DNA of 64,000 nt, taken from Ascidiella aspersa. Its lineage: Eukaryota. The translations under genes were made by a program, and so were the position numbers. Below, in pieces: positions 1-11,793 of this stretch (position 1 is its first letter; each line of letters opens with the position of its first letter). The notes under the pieces are model-generated. The model saw only the letters and a list, made by a program, of their open reading frames with translations. It was not told the DNA's origin and made no database searches. The stretch spans positions 7,626,001 to 7,690,000 of the forward strand of contig OZ004612.1 of NCBI GenBank assembly GCA_963924565.1. The letters are read 5' to 3'.

Positions 1-708
1 GGCCCGCTGATATAATTCATCCGGCCCGCCGCCTGTTTGACAAATTAGACACGAGTCCATTTAACATACTTTTTGACTATTTTACCTAAGGCTACCTATT
101 TGACTATTTAAGGCTACCTATTCTCGCGCTTTGCGCGTATGATCTTTTTACATCCGGTTTGTACCTTTTTATGCTGTCTTTTTAACTAAATCAGCGATTC
201 TTTATAGTTGCGCCGTGCAAGACTGCCTATAGTGCGTCGCGGAAAAGTGGAAAACGTATTTAAAAATATTGCACATATTTTTTAACCATTTTTTTTATTT
301 TTATTTTCGGCAATGTAATAAAACTTGCAAGAAAATGAAAAGAAATGCCGGTTTACCAAAAAATCGCGCTCGGTTCGCTCGCCAGGTGCGCTCGAACTTA
401 AAAATAGTTAACCAACAATTACTTCAATTAACTTTAAATGTTATCGCGTTCTCCTTAAAGTAGTCTTATTACACTTTTTATTAATAGTATGTATAACGTG
501 TGAACCTCGAATTTTGCGGCCACACTTTACTGCCTCTTTAAACGTTATTATACACGTCTGAAAGTGCAAAAAAGATCCGAGGCCCGCCTGATGCACTGCT
601 GTTTTAACATTTTAATACCACAATTCTTAGTTAACATTTTGTGCGGTCCACAGCACCCTTTCTGAGTTTGGTTTTGACCCACGACTAGAAAAAGGTTGCC
701 GACCCTTG
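1..708. mobile_element. hAT-like MITE family 1, left end cut by the window edge; variant without the internal hairpin insert
   Basis: Homologous to 10950-11793. Right TIR AGGTTGCCGACCCTTG ends at 708, followed by TSD-like TATTGAAC. Confidence 0.75.
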
Positions 709-1155
709 TATTGAACCTTACTGGGACAAACAAATGACAGACATATAGGTTTGCAGTTTTTAATTGCACCGTTTTGCCTGTACGGTTGAATGGTCAAACG
801 GTAAAACTTCCGGCTTATTAACCAATTAACGGAAGTAAGAAAAACCTTTAATGGCTAATAGCAACTTGACAGAAGAATTTAAATTAAACTAGCATCATGT
901 TTTAGTGAAACTCGGACAGAATTTCTTATGTTTTTTTTTAGGAAACAGAAGATAACTGGAAATAAGCCACGTCGACATGGCACCCAATCTGCATTTTTGC
1001 TTATATTCCAATGCAAACATCTTTCTCCCTCCGTCATCTAAAATAGTTTTTGCCAGCTTTAAACAATATAAAGGCGTTTCTTTGACTTTGTGTAAATCGA
1101 TAAAATCTTTGTGATATATCTTTTGTATTGAAAGTAACACATTTCCAACCTTACC

Positions 1156-1516
1156 ACCAGACATTCGCTCTGCGGTTGATTCTTCTACTAGAAATGCTAC
1201 AATGCAACGCAAGATCACTTTCCTTATTGCAACCGATATGTGCTGTTGGATGCCCATTTGCATTATGACTTTCCTAAGTATGGGCGGAGTGGTCATGCCC
1301 TCCTTCGCTTACGCCTTTTCCGCCGTTATCCTGTTGCCAATTAACAGCGCTTTAAATCCAATAATTTACTCCGATACCTTACCGATTGCTTTGGGTTTTT
1401 GCCGAGCACAATTATCCAAGTTTCGTATGAACACTAAACCCGTTGTTTCTGATGAGCGATCTCAATCGACAAAAGATGAAAATTTGCATTCCCATAAAAC
1501 GACTTCAGGAGTTTAG
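1156..1516 (+). pseudogene. Orphan 3' fragment (ICL3-TM6-TM7-C tail) of a type B LDLa-GPCR gene
   Basis: Nearly identical to 25325-25685 (offset 24169). The upstream sequence to 1155 instead matches the type A downstream spacer ending at 12237, so this is a deletion junction. No splice acceptor or upstream exons. Confidence 0.9.
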
Positions 1517-3434
1517 ATTATTGTTGCGCGTTGTGAACGGATTGTGTCGAATCTTTTGTTACCCTATAGATGTGTCGCACTAGCATCATTAATCGTAGCA
1601 TGTAAGTTTAAGCTGTCATATCTATATTTAGAAAACAAAAAAATTATTGCAACTAAATGTCTGTCTTTTGGTATAGAAGCCTTTCTAAGACTACATGTAC
1701 CTATATAGTTTCTTTGTGGTAATATTTATTTCCTATTTCTTTTCGAAAATAACTTTTATGATTCACGATTGTTTATAATGAGGGGTGAAAGTAAAATAAA
1801 TTTTTTGTCGTAACGATAATAAATTTTCTTACCGCAATAGGTACATGGAAATTTTCAGAGATGAAGTCAGAAAGTTACGTCGTAAAAGGACGTTCTAAAA
1901 AACGTAAACTTCTAACACCTGAGGTTTTTGTTCGATGTAGTGCACGAATATGCAAGGAAGGAACGGCGTCCGGATAGTTACGGCTTACTTTTACCAGTTG
2001 CTGTAATACACATTAAAATGTTTACTGCATATTGAGTTACTATTAAGTCACTATACGATGTGTAAACTTATCAGACAGTTTTAAACACAAGTGTAAAATG
2101 AGACGTTATAAACAGCCAAACTGAGGAAATTTCGACTAGTACATTTCAATATAGGAGTGTGGAAGATATGAAAGAATTTAACAATTACAAAGAACAAAAA
2201 GCAAATCAGTACTTATACACTGTACATAGAAAATGTTTAGTAATATTCACTCATAAACGAGCGCATTCGACTTGAAAATATACAGAACGTCGCCTGCTAT
2301 TTATAACGATTTTACTTGCCCTTATATAGCTTACATCGGCCAGATGTTGGTAGTTAAGCTTTTGTGACATACGATCAGTAAAGTGACTTGAAATCACGCA
2401 TCCAACACACGAAATAACAACACAGAAAATTCTGGACATTTATCAAAACGCGGCCAGGAGTGTTTGGCGTGACCGCTGCCTAATCCTAACAAAATTTCCC
2501 GCAACCACTACAACAGTGACAAATCCTGCGATGTCTCATTGCAAAGTATAACACATAAAGGATAATAATAAAACGCAAAGTGGCATCTGTTTCGGCTTTT
2601 ACAACATCATAATGTCTTACCTCCCAAGACGGGTGAATCTGAATGGCGATAATTATGTTTTTCATGTCAACGCCTAAAATATGTCATCTAACTTAATCAA
2701 GTGCACAGTGTTTATACTATAACGGCACAGTGCTTTATATTGGTTAATGGTTGTTTTGTTATAAAGTCTGTTTGAAATTATGTAATGTAGAACGACCATG
2801 GTCTTATACTCTAATAGGACGTTTATATCAATACGCCATAAGCTACAGTGGTGTTGATTTTTTACTTATATTTTTTTCCATCTGCTTCGCACGGGCGACC
2901 TTACAAGACTTTACTTCTTTTTACGTTTAGTTTGTTATAAGAAATTTGAATCAATTTTCGGACTATATTATATTACATGATACAGACTTAAGATGGCGCC
3001 AGTACAAGAAAATCTTGCGTCATGCCGTCCAAATTACGAAATGAAAAATAAGGCCGTTGAATGATCCACGCTTAACTTTCTGGTAAACACCCATAGATAC
3101 GTGCCATTGTGCTTGGTGCAGCTAACCACTAAAGTCACGTTTCTATGCGTCAACGAGCAACTCCAAACCACAAGTTTATGTTTCCAAAGTTGCCAGCTTA
3201 TATTCAAACTTAGCCATATAGTGAGTAGCTTTAAACAATTTAGTTTTTTATACCTTATGCCGCAGTAAATTACGAAGAATATGTTTTCGTTCATGAGTTT
3301 AGTTCAATTAAATATGGTTTCCTGTTTCAGGGTGACTAGTCTACCAAGGTTAAAATAAATAATAATAACACGAATCAAAGTACAAGAAAAAACGATCAAT
3401 ATTTTAGCTTTCAGCAACAGGCCTATTATATAAC

Positions 3435-6400
3435 ATGCTCGATTTTCTTTATCCAATTATCTGCTTCCTGGTAATCTCAACTAAATTCAAAACTGTTTTC
3501 GGTGAGTAGATTTTTGTTGGTCCATGATTGGCTTTTCAGCTACTAGTCTATTTAAGCCCAGCCAATATAGCAACATCATAATTGCTGTCGTGTATAATAA
3601 TTGGTTAATGTTAAAAATAAGTTTTAAAGTTTATACTTGTATATTACAAATTCCAGTTGAGGGCCACTACTTGGCGATCCGAAGGCGTGATTCCTCGTGT
3701 CGGGCGGAGGATGGATTTTTCCTCTGCGACAATTTGCAGTGCGTGCAAAGACAGCATGTCCTCGACTCCAGAATCGACTGCGCTGATGGGAGTGACCAGC
3801 GCTCACGTATGCCACATATTATTATCATAGCAAGACTTGATATACACTGAGCAGTGTAGACTATTGATTTTACCATGAATCCAACACAAGTCGAAAAGCT
3901 TTAAAAATTAATTATATATGTCCACCAGGAAAGAGCCCAGGATTTTCGTTTAGGGGAGCCGGGAAATTTTTCAGGAATGACATCACAAAGTTAAATTTTG
4001 TGAGGCCCGCGAATCGTTTTAAATTTTCGGCAAGAACTCAAATTATCTTCCACATTTCATCCTTTTTAACACCATTGTCTTGTGCTATTGCTAATTAACT
4101 GTCATTAAACCTAAATATCTTATTTAAAATTGGCCAGCTTGCCTGTTTAAAAATGAAAGATTTTGTCTAAGTAAGTTGTGTCATACATGCAACCTATACA
4201 CACGTTTTGCAGCTGAGGCGCATACAACGTTTGAATATTTAAAATTCTTGCTTAACTGGGTGGATATACTGATCTTTTGAACACTTTTTTATGGTTTTAA
4301 AATCAAGAAAAAAACAATGATTATTGGTGCCTTTGTCGCAAATTACAGTCGTAACATTTGCAACGTTTTCCGGATTCGTGGCACTTTCTGAGCTAGAAAA
4401 CATTTCTGTGGGCGCCCATACCACTCTATCACTATATATTTATAAATGCTGCTAAAAGTTAGTGTGTGTATCTACAAGTAAATCAGCGCAGGTGTGCCAC
4501 CAGCAAACGAAAAGAAATACTGTTAACAGCTTATTGCAGATACATTAAATAGGCCTATATTGATCATTTTAAAACGTTTTTGTTTCTTAGGTTTGTTGTT
4601 GCGGCTCACAGACGTAATCCAAATATGTCACAGGGTTCTCAGTAAGACTTGAGTTTGTCCCCCTGTAATAGTGCTAACCCCTGGGTGTACTAAGAAATGA
4701 GAAAACATAGCATTTAATTTTAATAATGTTTAATTTTCAAACTTCCTTTGGGAAACCGTAGATAAAAATGTGCCCTTAATGTGTTTGGATGCCTCAACTC
4801 AATTAATGAAGTTGTGCGCATAGAAACGCATGGTCCGCTTTAACTCAAGGCGACGAATTTACCTTCCAGCAATAAATTGCACGGACGACGAATTTCCTTG
4901 CCGATCGAGTTTCCGTTGCGTTCCGAGGCAGTTTGCGGTGGACGGATGTGTTCGTAAAAGAAACGTGATACTCGGGTGCAGAGAAGATAAAGGTTAGATA
5001 CGTCGCATACGACATAAGCTTTTAAACATATTTTTTTAACTGGAGGTTTGCAATATTAGTTGCTTTCTCATGTTTTCTTTAAGTCGTGAGGGCAAGGCGT
5101 AGTGAAATAAATGCTGAACTTCATTTTTACATATCCAAAAATCATAACTTTTGTGATATTGCCTTCATAAATTGGTGCCGCAGAATTCACTTGCCGCAAG
5201 ACTCGCCGCTGCATCCCGAGGTGGATGGTGATGGACGGAGAGAGGGATTGCGACACTTTGTCCCACAACGATTCAAGTGACGAGGAGCGCGGGTTCGAAT
5301 CCTGCACGAGCTCGGAGGTGCGCTGCCATCTTCCAGTCGGAAGTAGCTTAAAGAAGGCGCGCTGCATTCCGCGGGCGTGGGTCCGCGATAACATTACCGA
5401 TTGTCCGGGAACGGGAAGTGACGAAGTGGCGCCGTTGAGCTCCTGTAATAACGCAACCGAGTTTCGCTGCAAAGATAGCGGCGGATGCGTGCTGCGGTAT
5501 AGGGTAAGAGACGGATACTCGGATTGTGGCGACTCTTCCGACGAGCTTGAGCAAATTGCATGCAACAGAGACGAGTTTCATTGCCTCGATAGCGGAAGAT
5601 GCATTCCTGATACCTGGATTGGAAACAAAGTAAGCGACTGTCCAGACGGGAGCGATGAAAACGTGATTAGGCAACCAACAAACTGTTCGGCAAACCAGTA
5701 CTTATGCGCCTCATCGCGTCGATGTATTCCTCTTGAGTATTTATGCGACGGAATCGACAACTGTGGGGATTGTAGCGACGAAATCGAGAGTTGCAAAGAA
5801 CAAGGTTCGAAGATGTTTCGCTGCCCGAACCAACCAAGCACTTGTCTGTCTTGGCAGTATTCCTGTGACGCGTTAACTGACTGCCCGAATGGCGCCGACG
5901 ATATTACTTGGATGCCAGGCTTCAAGTGCCAAAAACTAGTTTTAAACTCGCCTACCGGCAAGAAATACTGCTCGGTGCCTCAATGGGCCTTACACGATCA
6001 GTTGCCTTGGTGCGACGACGGATCTGATATTTGCTTCGATGACAGAGGCGAGTTTCTGTGCTCAATGTGCTTGGACGGCAAGACCATCATAGCCAAGAGG
6101 CAGTTGTGTGATGGGATAATCGACTGTCCAGACCTTTCCGACGAGTGCCTATGCTCGAATGGTTTTAATACTATTGTCCTTACTGAAGTCTGCTCAAACG
6201 TGTGTTACAATACGGACCTACAGGGTGCTGCGTGTCGCAACTGCAGCGTTGGGCATTTCAAGTGCGATTCAAACTGCTTGGAAATAAATAAATTTTGCGA
6301 TGGCGTGGTAGATTGCCCAACATCCAAATCAGACGAGTTGTATTGCGCTGAAAATCAAAAACTTGTCAATGCAAAAAGTTCGAAGAACTTCGTTTGTGAC

Positions 6401-9400
6401 CTGATTACTCCCTTACATCGTACGTTGGCTGATATTCTTGGATTCACCTCATTCGCTGAAGGAGCGTTTGTGGAGAACGCCGTCGGGTAAATTAAATTTT
6501 CACATTGAGACACCTAAACTGAGAATATAGTTTAAATTGTACACAAACATCAAACTAAAGACAAAACTTTGTAGGCCTAAACCTACAGTCAGTTTGTTTC
6601 GATTTTATTATGATATATATGTTTCACTCCTATATTCCAGTCAAGCCATTTTGCCCTAATGAAACAGTAAATTAAGTTTTCTAAGTTAAGTCATTGGGTT
6701 AAGTCATAACAACACTGATGGAAACACAATAAAATAAAAAACAAGGGAAGATTGCGTTAGTTGAAAGAAAACTCTGAGTGCAAACGTAGCAGAAATGCGT
6801 CCACATTTTCGGCTTTTTAAGTATTTGATCTTTAGAAAGAATTTGTTTTTACCATCACTGTAGATGCGACGGAAAAGTGGAATGTCTTTATTTTGAAGAC
6901 GAATGCTCCCCTCGGGCAAATTGTAGCACAAGGCTCAAGGTTTGCGACAGCATTCCGATGAAAAAAGTTAGTATGTTACCAACCAAACTGTTCAACTTTG
7001 TTTTGTTAATTTACTGAGCATTATTTTTCCTAACAAGATACTGCATAGTAAACACACATTAAATACAAAGTGAAAGAACAGTATGTAATGAATATGCTGT
7101 TGCTGCCAGGCATACAATTGAACAAATGTATAGAAATGCGTTTAATAAATTAAAATTAAAAATTATTCTTAACGATAACTATCAGTTTTACATACTGCCA
7201 ACTATCACATCAACTTTAAGTGAAATATTAAATCAGGCGTTACAAATCCAACCCTGCTGCTACGCTTTCTTTACCGCCAGATAGTAATGCCCACTCTATG
7301 GACGAAGTTGTACAACGCGACAGGCAAGGAAATGAATCGTTTGTGCGGCGGTTTCCAGGAATACGTGATTGGATCTTCGATTTGCAACGGTGTTCAGGAA
7401 TGTAGCGAAAAGGAAGACGAGATTGATTGCGATCGTTTCTACTGCGACGCGGGAAAAGTGCCGTGGATCTCAGGTGAAAGCACATAAAAGCACACGACAC
7501 GAAAGGGAATTACGTTCCATTTTAGTTGGATTACAAAAGTTCCAGCTTCACTGTTGGCTGTTGATTAGCAATACCTGCCCCATGCAAGGTCATTAGGTTA
7601 CCCCGGGTCATTGTCCTCACCTGGTCTTCAGGTTACCCCAGGTCATTGACCTCATCTGTTCTTCAGGAAGTGCAAATCCACCGCGAGAAATCGCAAATGC
7701 CAATATATCCACATATTTCGAGTATTTCAAACCCAAAGGCGAAAACTCAGATTGTATTCAACTTAGGGTATTTGGGGTCACACTGAACAAACTCTTGGCA
7801 CAAAATGGATTGTAACAGACCGACATAAAATGAGAAACACAACACACACTAGACACAGATAAATAAATATTTATTTAGGACCAAGGCCAAAGATTAGTAT
7901 TCCTTGGTTGGAACGTTGCAATGGAGAGTTCGACTGCAAGGACAAAACGGACGAAATGAACTGCAACAAATCCACACATTTCTATTGCAAAAATAGAGAG
8001 CCTCTGTTTGTTGATCGCAAAAAGGTACGAGTATCACAACAAACGGCCATAGGTTGGTGGCATTGTGTTTATATTTCGCAAATTTATAGTTAATACTTTC
8101 AACAAACAATTTTTAACTAAAACCGTCATCGCCTTTTTATAAATAAAATAATTGAATTTATGAATTGCTGTTCATCAATATTTATAACTATACTAAATGC
8201 TGCGAGCCCTTTCGATAGGAAAGAACCACGTCGCAGAGATAGCGTCACGAAATTACGTCATAACCATAACACTACAAAGTTACATAAAAACGTAAAACGC
8301 CATAAAGATGTAACCTTAAGTGCTCCAGACAGTTCGTTTAAGTCTTAGGTTGGTGAGGTGTTACTTTCAAAGCCAAAGCTACATTATATATAAGCGCACA
8401 ACCTAAAAGACCTCAGAGTCGACTTTATTAAAAACAATTACACTATAACGCACCTTTGAGAGGATCGCCCTTTAACAAAACGTTACAAAAGATAAATGTG
8501 TTAACGCCGGACTTAATCGTGATTTTGGTTTCATGGCGCATCAAGCCTTTTAACATGTAGCTGAAACGCGAAATTTGGTCCGGGGCCAAAACTTATCCGG
8601 TCGGATCAATTTTGGCGTTGGAACAGCCGCTAAAACCGGTCCGGCTAGGCCTAAACTGGATCCCCTAACGCTAACCCTAACCTTAGCCAGACCTGTTTTA
8701 GCGGCTGTTCCAACGCCAAAATCGATCCGACCCGACCAGTTTGGCGCTTGATTACGACCAAAATCGATCCGACCGGACCAATTTCGGCGTGACAAAGCCA
8801 TATATCCCATAAAGAGATGCGATGCTACCCATGCTCTTGCGTGGATCCACGCATCAGCAAACCTGCGCCTATATGTGAATTGTTTGACCGAATATGTTCT
8901 ATCGCATTTTACTCTGTGCGTTTGCACATTTTTACCGTATATTCTTACTCTGACCTGATGATGCACTATTGTACAAAAGCTCATTAACACTAAATACAAA
9001 TTTTCAAAAGTGCCATTTGTTTTCAGTTTTAACATATATTTGTTATCAATTCCTGCAAAGCAATAAAGGCTATTATATCTTTCATCTTTCAGGTTGCCTA
9101 CAACTTCATTTACATCGGTGAAACAAACACCTTTAAGCTAAAACAATGACAAACCCAAACTCTGTTAGTTGATGTTTTTTTTAATTTTCTTAGGTTCTTG
9201 ACGGGAAGATCGATTGCACGGACTCATCCGACGAATGTCCGGAGGACTTTGCCGATAAGAGCGCCGTTTCCTCCAAGACCGAGATGATCAAGTCGCCCGT
9301 CCTCCGTGGCTTCGTTTGGCTCATGGCTATTTTAGCATTCTTCGGAAATGTCGCCGTGATCTTCAAGACGGTCAGGTTCATTTTCCATTCTCGAAAACGG

Positions 9401-10498
9401 AAGGCATCGTCTATTTCGATTATTAACAACATCTTTGTTCTTAACCTCGCCTTTGCCGATTTACTGATGGGCTGTTGCCTTTTCGGCTTGGGCGCCAAGT
9501 CGGCTGAATTTTCGGGAAACTATTGCTTGGAAGACTTGGTCTGGCGAGCGAGTTCTTCTTGCAGTGCGCTGGGAGTGAGCATAGTTTTGTCAAGCGAGGC
9601 ATCCGTCTTCACACTTATCCTTCTCACGTCTTATCGCCTCTACGGAGTCCTGTTGCCCTTCAAAAGTCGTCAGCTGAGAGTTAGGGTGGCTGTTGGGTAT
9701 CTTGCAGCTATTTGGGCAGTTGCTTTGTTCATTGCTCTCATGCCCTTGAGCGATATTTTATCAACGTATATGGTGACAGACATGCTGATTGCCAAAAGCC
9801 CATACTTTAAACGAGGAACGGTGAAACTTTACGAACTGGAGCAATTTGCATTGCGCTTAAACGCACTTCAGCCTGGAAATGAGACTTCTAATTTACCGCT
9901 GGACTGGGGCGGATTGGTTCAGTTCCTGTCGAAACACTTTCCTAATCAAACTACTGATGTTTTAGGCTTTCACGGTTATTACAGCGCTAACGGCGTCTGT
10001 ATACCTAAGATTTATCGCTTGTCAGGTGACGAGTCAGGTTTCAACATTTACTCCGCTGTGACAATCACGTTTAGCTTCGTTTCTTTGCTATATATTCTAG
10101 TAGCTTATGTCATGATATACCGAAGATCTGCACACAAACCAGACATTGGTTCAGCTTCGGCTTCTGCACCTAGAAATGCTAAAATACAACGCAAGATCAC
10201 TTTCCTTATTGCAACCGATATGTGCTGTTGGATGCCCATCTGTATTATGACTTTTCTAAGTATGGGCGGAATGGTCATGCCCTCCTTCGCTTACGCCTTT
10301 TCCGCCGTTATCCTGTTGCCAATTAACAGCGCTTTAAATCCAATAATTTACTCCGATACATTACCAATCGCTTTAGGTTTTTGTCGAACGCATCTTTCAA
10401 TGTTCCGCACCAAGACTAAACCCGTTTTTTCTGAGCAGCGATCTCAATCGACAAAAGAAGGCAACTTGCCTTCCCCTTACACGACTTCAGGACTATAG
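3435..10498 (+). CDS. LDLa-repeat GPCR copy A1 (RXFP/GRL101-like 7TM, no LRRs), 8 coding exons, 1129 aa, intact
   Basis: Exons 3435-3501 (signal peptide MLDFLYPIICFLVIST), 3657-3806, 4870-4992, 5184-6486, 6864-6966, 7281-7473, 7879-8024, 9194-10498. All introns are GT-AG with matching phases (1,1,1,2,0,1,0), total 3390 nt. LDLa motifs DCxDxSDE. 7TM motifs LRGFVW..GN, NLAFADLLMG, TDMCCWMP, LPINSALNPIIY. Confidence 0.9.
7587..7652 (+). promoter_or_regulatory. Cluster of nuclear-receptor half-sites (DR2, two DR4, two IR1) in intron 6 of A1, within a 35-bp tandem duplication
   Basis: AGGTCA-tt-AGGTTA-cccc-GGGTCA-t-TGTCCT ... AGGTTA-cccc-AGGTCA-t-TGACCT. Motif match only, function untested. Confidence 0.4.
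8562..8794. mobile_element. Palindromic MITE-like element with telomere-like TAACCC core in intron 7 of A1
   Basis: About 50-bp inverted arms 8599-8649 and 8681-8732 around CTAACGCTAACCCTAACC, with degenerate terminal inverted ends. Absent at the homologous site of B1 (about 24050). Confidence 0.7.
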
Positions 10499-10949
10499 AT
10501 TTTTATACTCGCTGTGCAGTATAGAAGTTTGTTCAAGTTTTGAACTTTTGACTACACGTTAAGGTTGTGATGCTGTAGCATCTTTTGTTTAATGCAAGTT
10601 CAAATGTTGTGTTTATTATTCCAGTAGAAAAAAACATTTTTGTTATTTTTTGTCTTATGTGAAATTCTGTTTGTAGACTGCACACTCATAGGGTTGTCTT
10701 GCGACTATTTATTTCATTTTTTTTTCTGTTGTTCTAAATTTAATTTATGAGATTATGAGGGTATAGGCTATAAACATTCCGAAACAGACAACGGACTGAG
10801 CGATCGTTTTATTGTTTGTAAATAGCACGGTTATGTATTCGATTTTAAAGCGTTTTTGTATTAAAATAATAAATTGTATATATGAAGTATTTAATGTGCA
10901 GCTAATGCAATAACATATAGCGAGCACACCATAACGTCATATGTTAAAC

Positions 10950-11793
10950 CAGGGTTCGGCAACCTTCGGCCCGCGGATATAATTCATCCGGCCCGCCGCC
11001 TGTTTGACAAATTAGCCACGAGTCCATTTCACATACTTTTTGACTATTTTAGCTACCTAAGTTCGAAAAATTTTCGTGCTTTGCGCGAATGATCTTTTTA
11101 CATCCGGTTTGTACGTTTTTATGCTGTCTTTTTAACTAAATCAGCGATACTTTATAGTTGCGCCGTGCAAGACTGCCTATAGTGCGTCGCGGAAAAGTGG
11201 AAAACGATATTGATCATATAATAGATAAAAGATTCATTCTTTTATTTGCAAACGTTTCGGCAATTTCTTTTGCTTACTGCACTTATGATGGCAAAAGAAA
11301 TTGCCGAAACGTTTGCAGATATTGATCATATTTTTTAACCATTTTTTTTATTTTTTACTTTCAGCAATGTGATAAAACTTGCAAGAAAATGAACAGAAAT
11401 GCCGGTTTACCAAAAAAAATCGCGCTTGGTTGGCTCGCCAGGTGCGCCCGAACTTAAAAAACGTTAACCAACTCTTACTTGGATTAACTCTAAATGTTAT
11501 CGCGTTCACCTTAAAGTAGTCTTATTACACTTTTCATTAATAATATGGATAACGTGTGAACTCGAATTTTATACCAAACAAACGCTTTTTTTCACGCTTT
11601 GCGGCAACACTTTACTGGCTCTTTAAACGTAATTATACACGTCTGAAAGTGCAAAAAAGATCCGAGGCCCGCCTGATTCACTGCTGTTCTAACATTTTAA
11701 TAATACAATTCTTAGTTAACATTTTGTGCGGTCCACAGAGCCCTTTCTGAGTTTGATTTTGACCCACGACTAGAAAAAGGTTGCCGACCCCTG
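10950..11793. mobile_element. hAT-like (Charlie-type) non-autonomous MITE family 1, 844 bp
   Basis: TIRs CAGGGTTCGGCAACCT / AGGTTGCCGACCCCTG (15 of 16 match). 8-bp flanks TGTTAAAC / TATTGAAC (TATTAAAC in the other copies). No transposase ORF. Confidence 0.85.
11247..11317. repeat. Perfect 27-bp inverted repeat with 17-nt loop nested in the MITE
   Basis: TGCAAACGTTTCGGCAATTTCTTTTGC (11247-11273) and its exact reverse complement (11291-11317), inside GATATTGATCATAT direct repeats. Also at 35470-35540 and 60257-60327. Confidence 0.9.

Noticed and set aside
895-1296. 133-aa minus-strand ORF
   Set aside because: It is a chance fusion across the deletion junction of antisense GPCR sequence and spacer DNA.
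4591-4641. Possible extra 51-nt in-frame exon (TTAG|...|GTAAG) in intron 2
   Set aside because: The acceptor is shifted by one base in type B copies (TTAAG), which would break the frame, and the peptide has no family motif.
5068-5961. Antisense and alternate-frame ORFs over exons 4 and 8 in every copy
   Set aside because: These are shadows of GC-richer coding sequence. They recur only because the region is duplicated.
5225-6490. The 421-aa Cys-rich ORF and the 404-aa 7TM ORF as two separate genes
   Set aside because: Both are bounded by phase-compatible splice sites and join through small exons. The TAA at 6488 overlaps the donor GG|GTAAAT.
8550-9035. 161-aa minus-strand ORF with NWSGRIDFG repeats
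   Set aside because: It is a translation of the palindromic intronic element, is absent from B1 and varies in length between copies.
9284-10498. Assigning the symbol RXFP1, RXFP2 or GRL101
   Set aside because: The 7TM motifs are related, but the LRR-less architecture and local expansion mean orthology cannot be claimed without a phylogeny.
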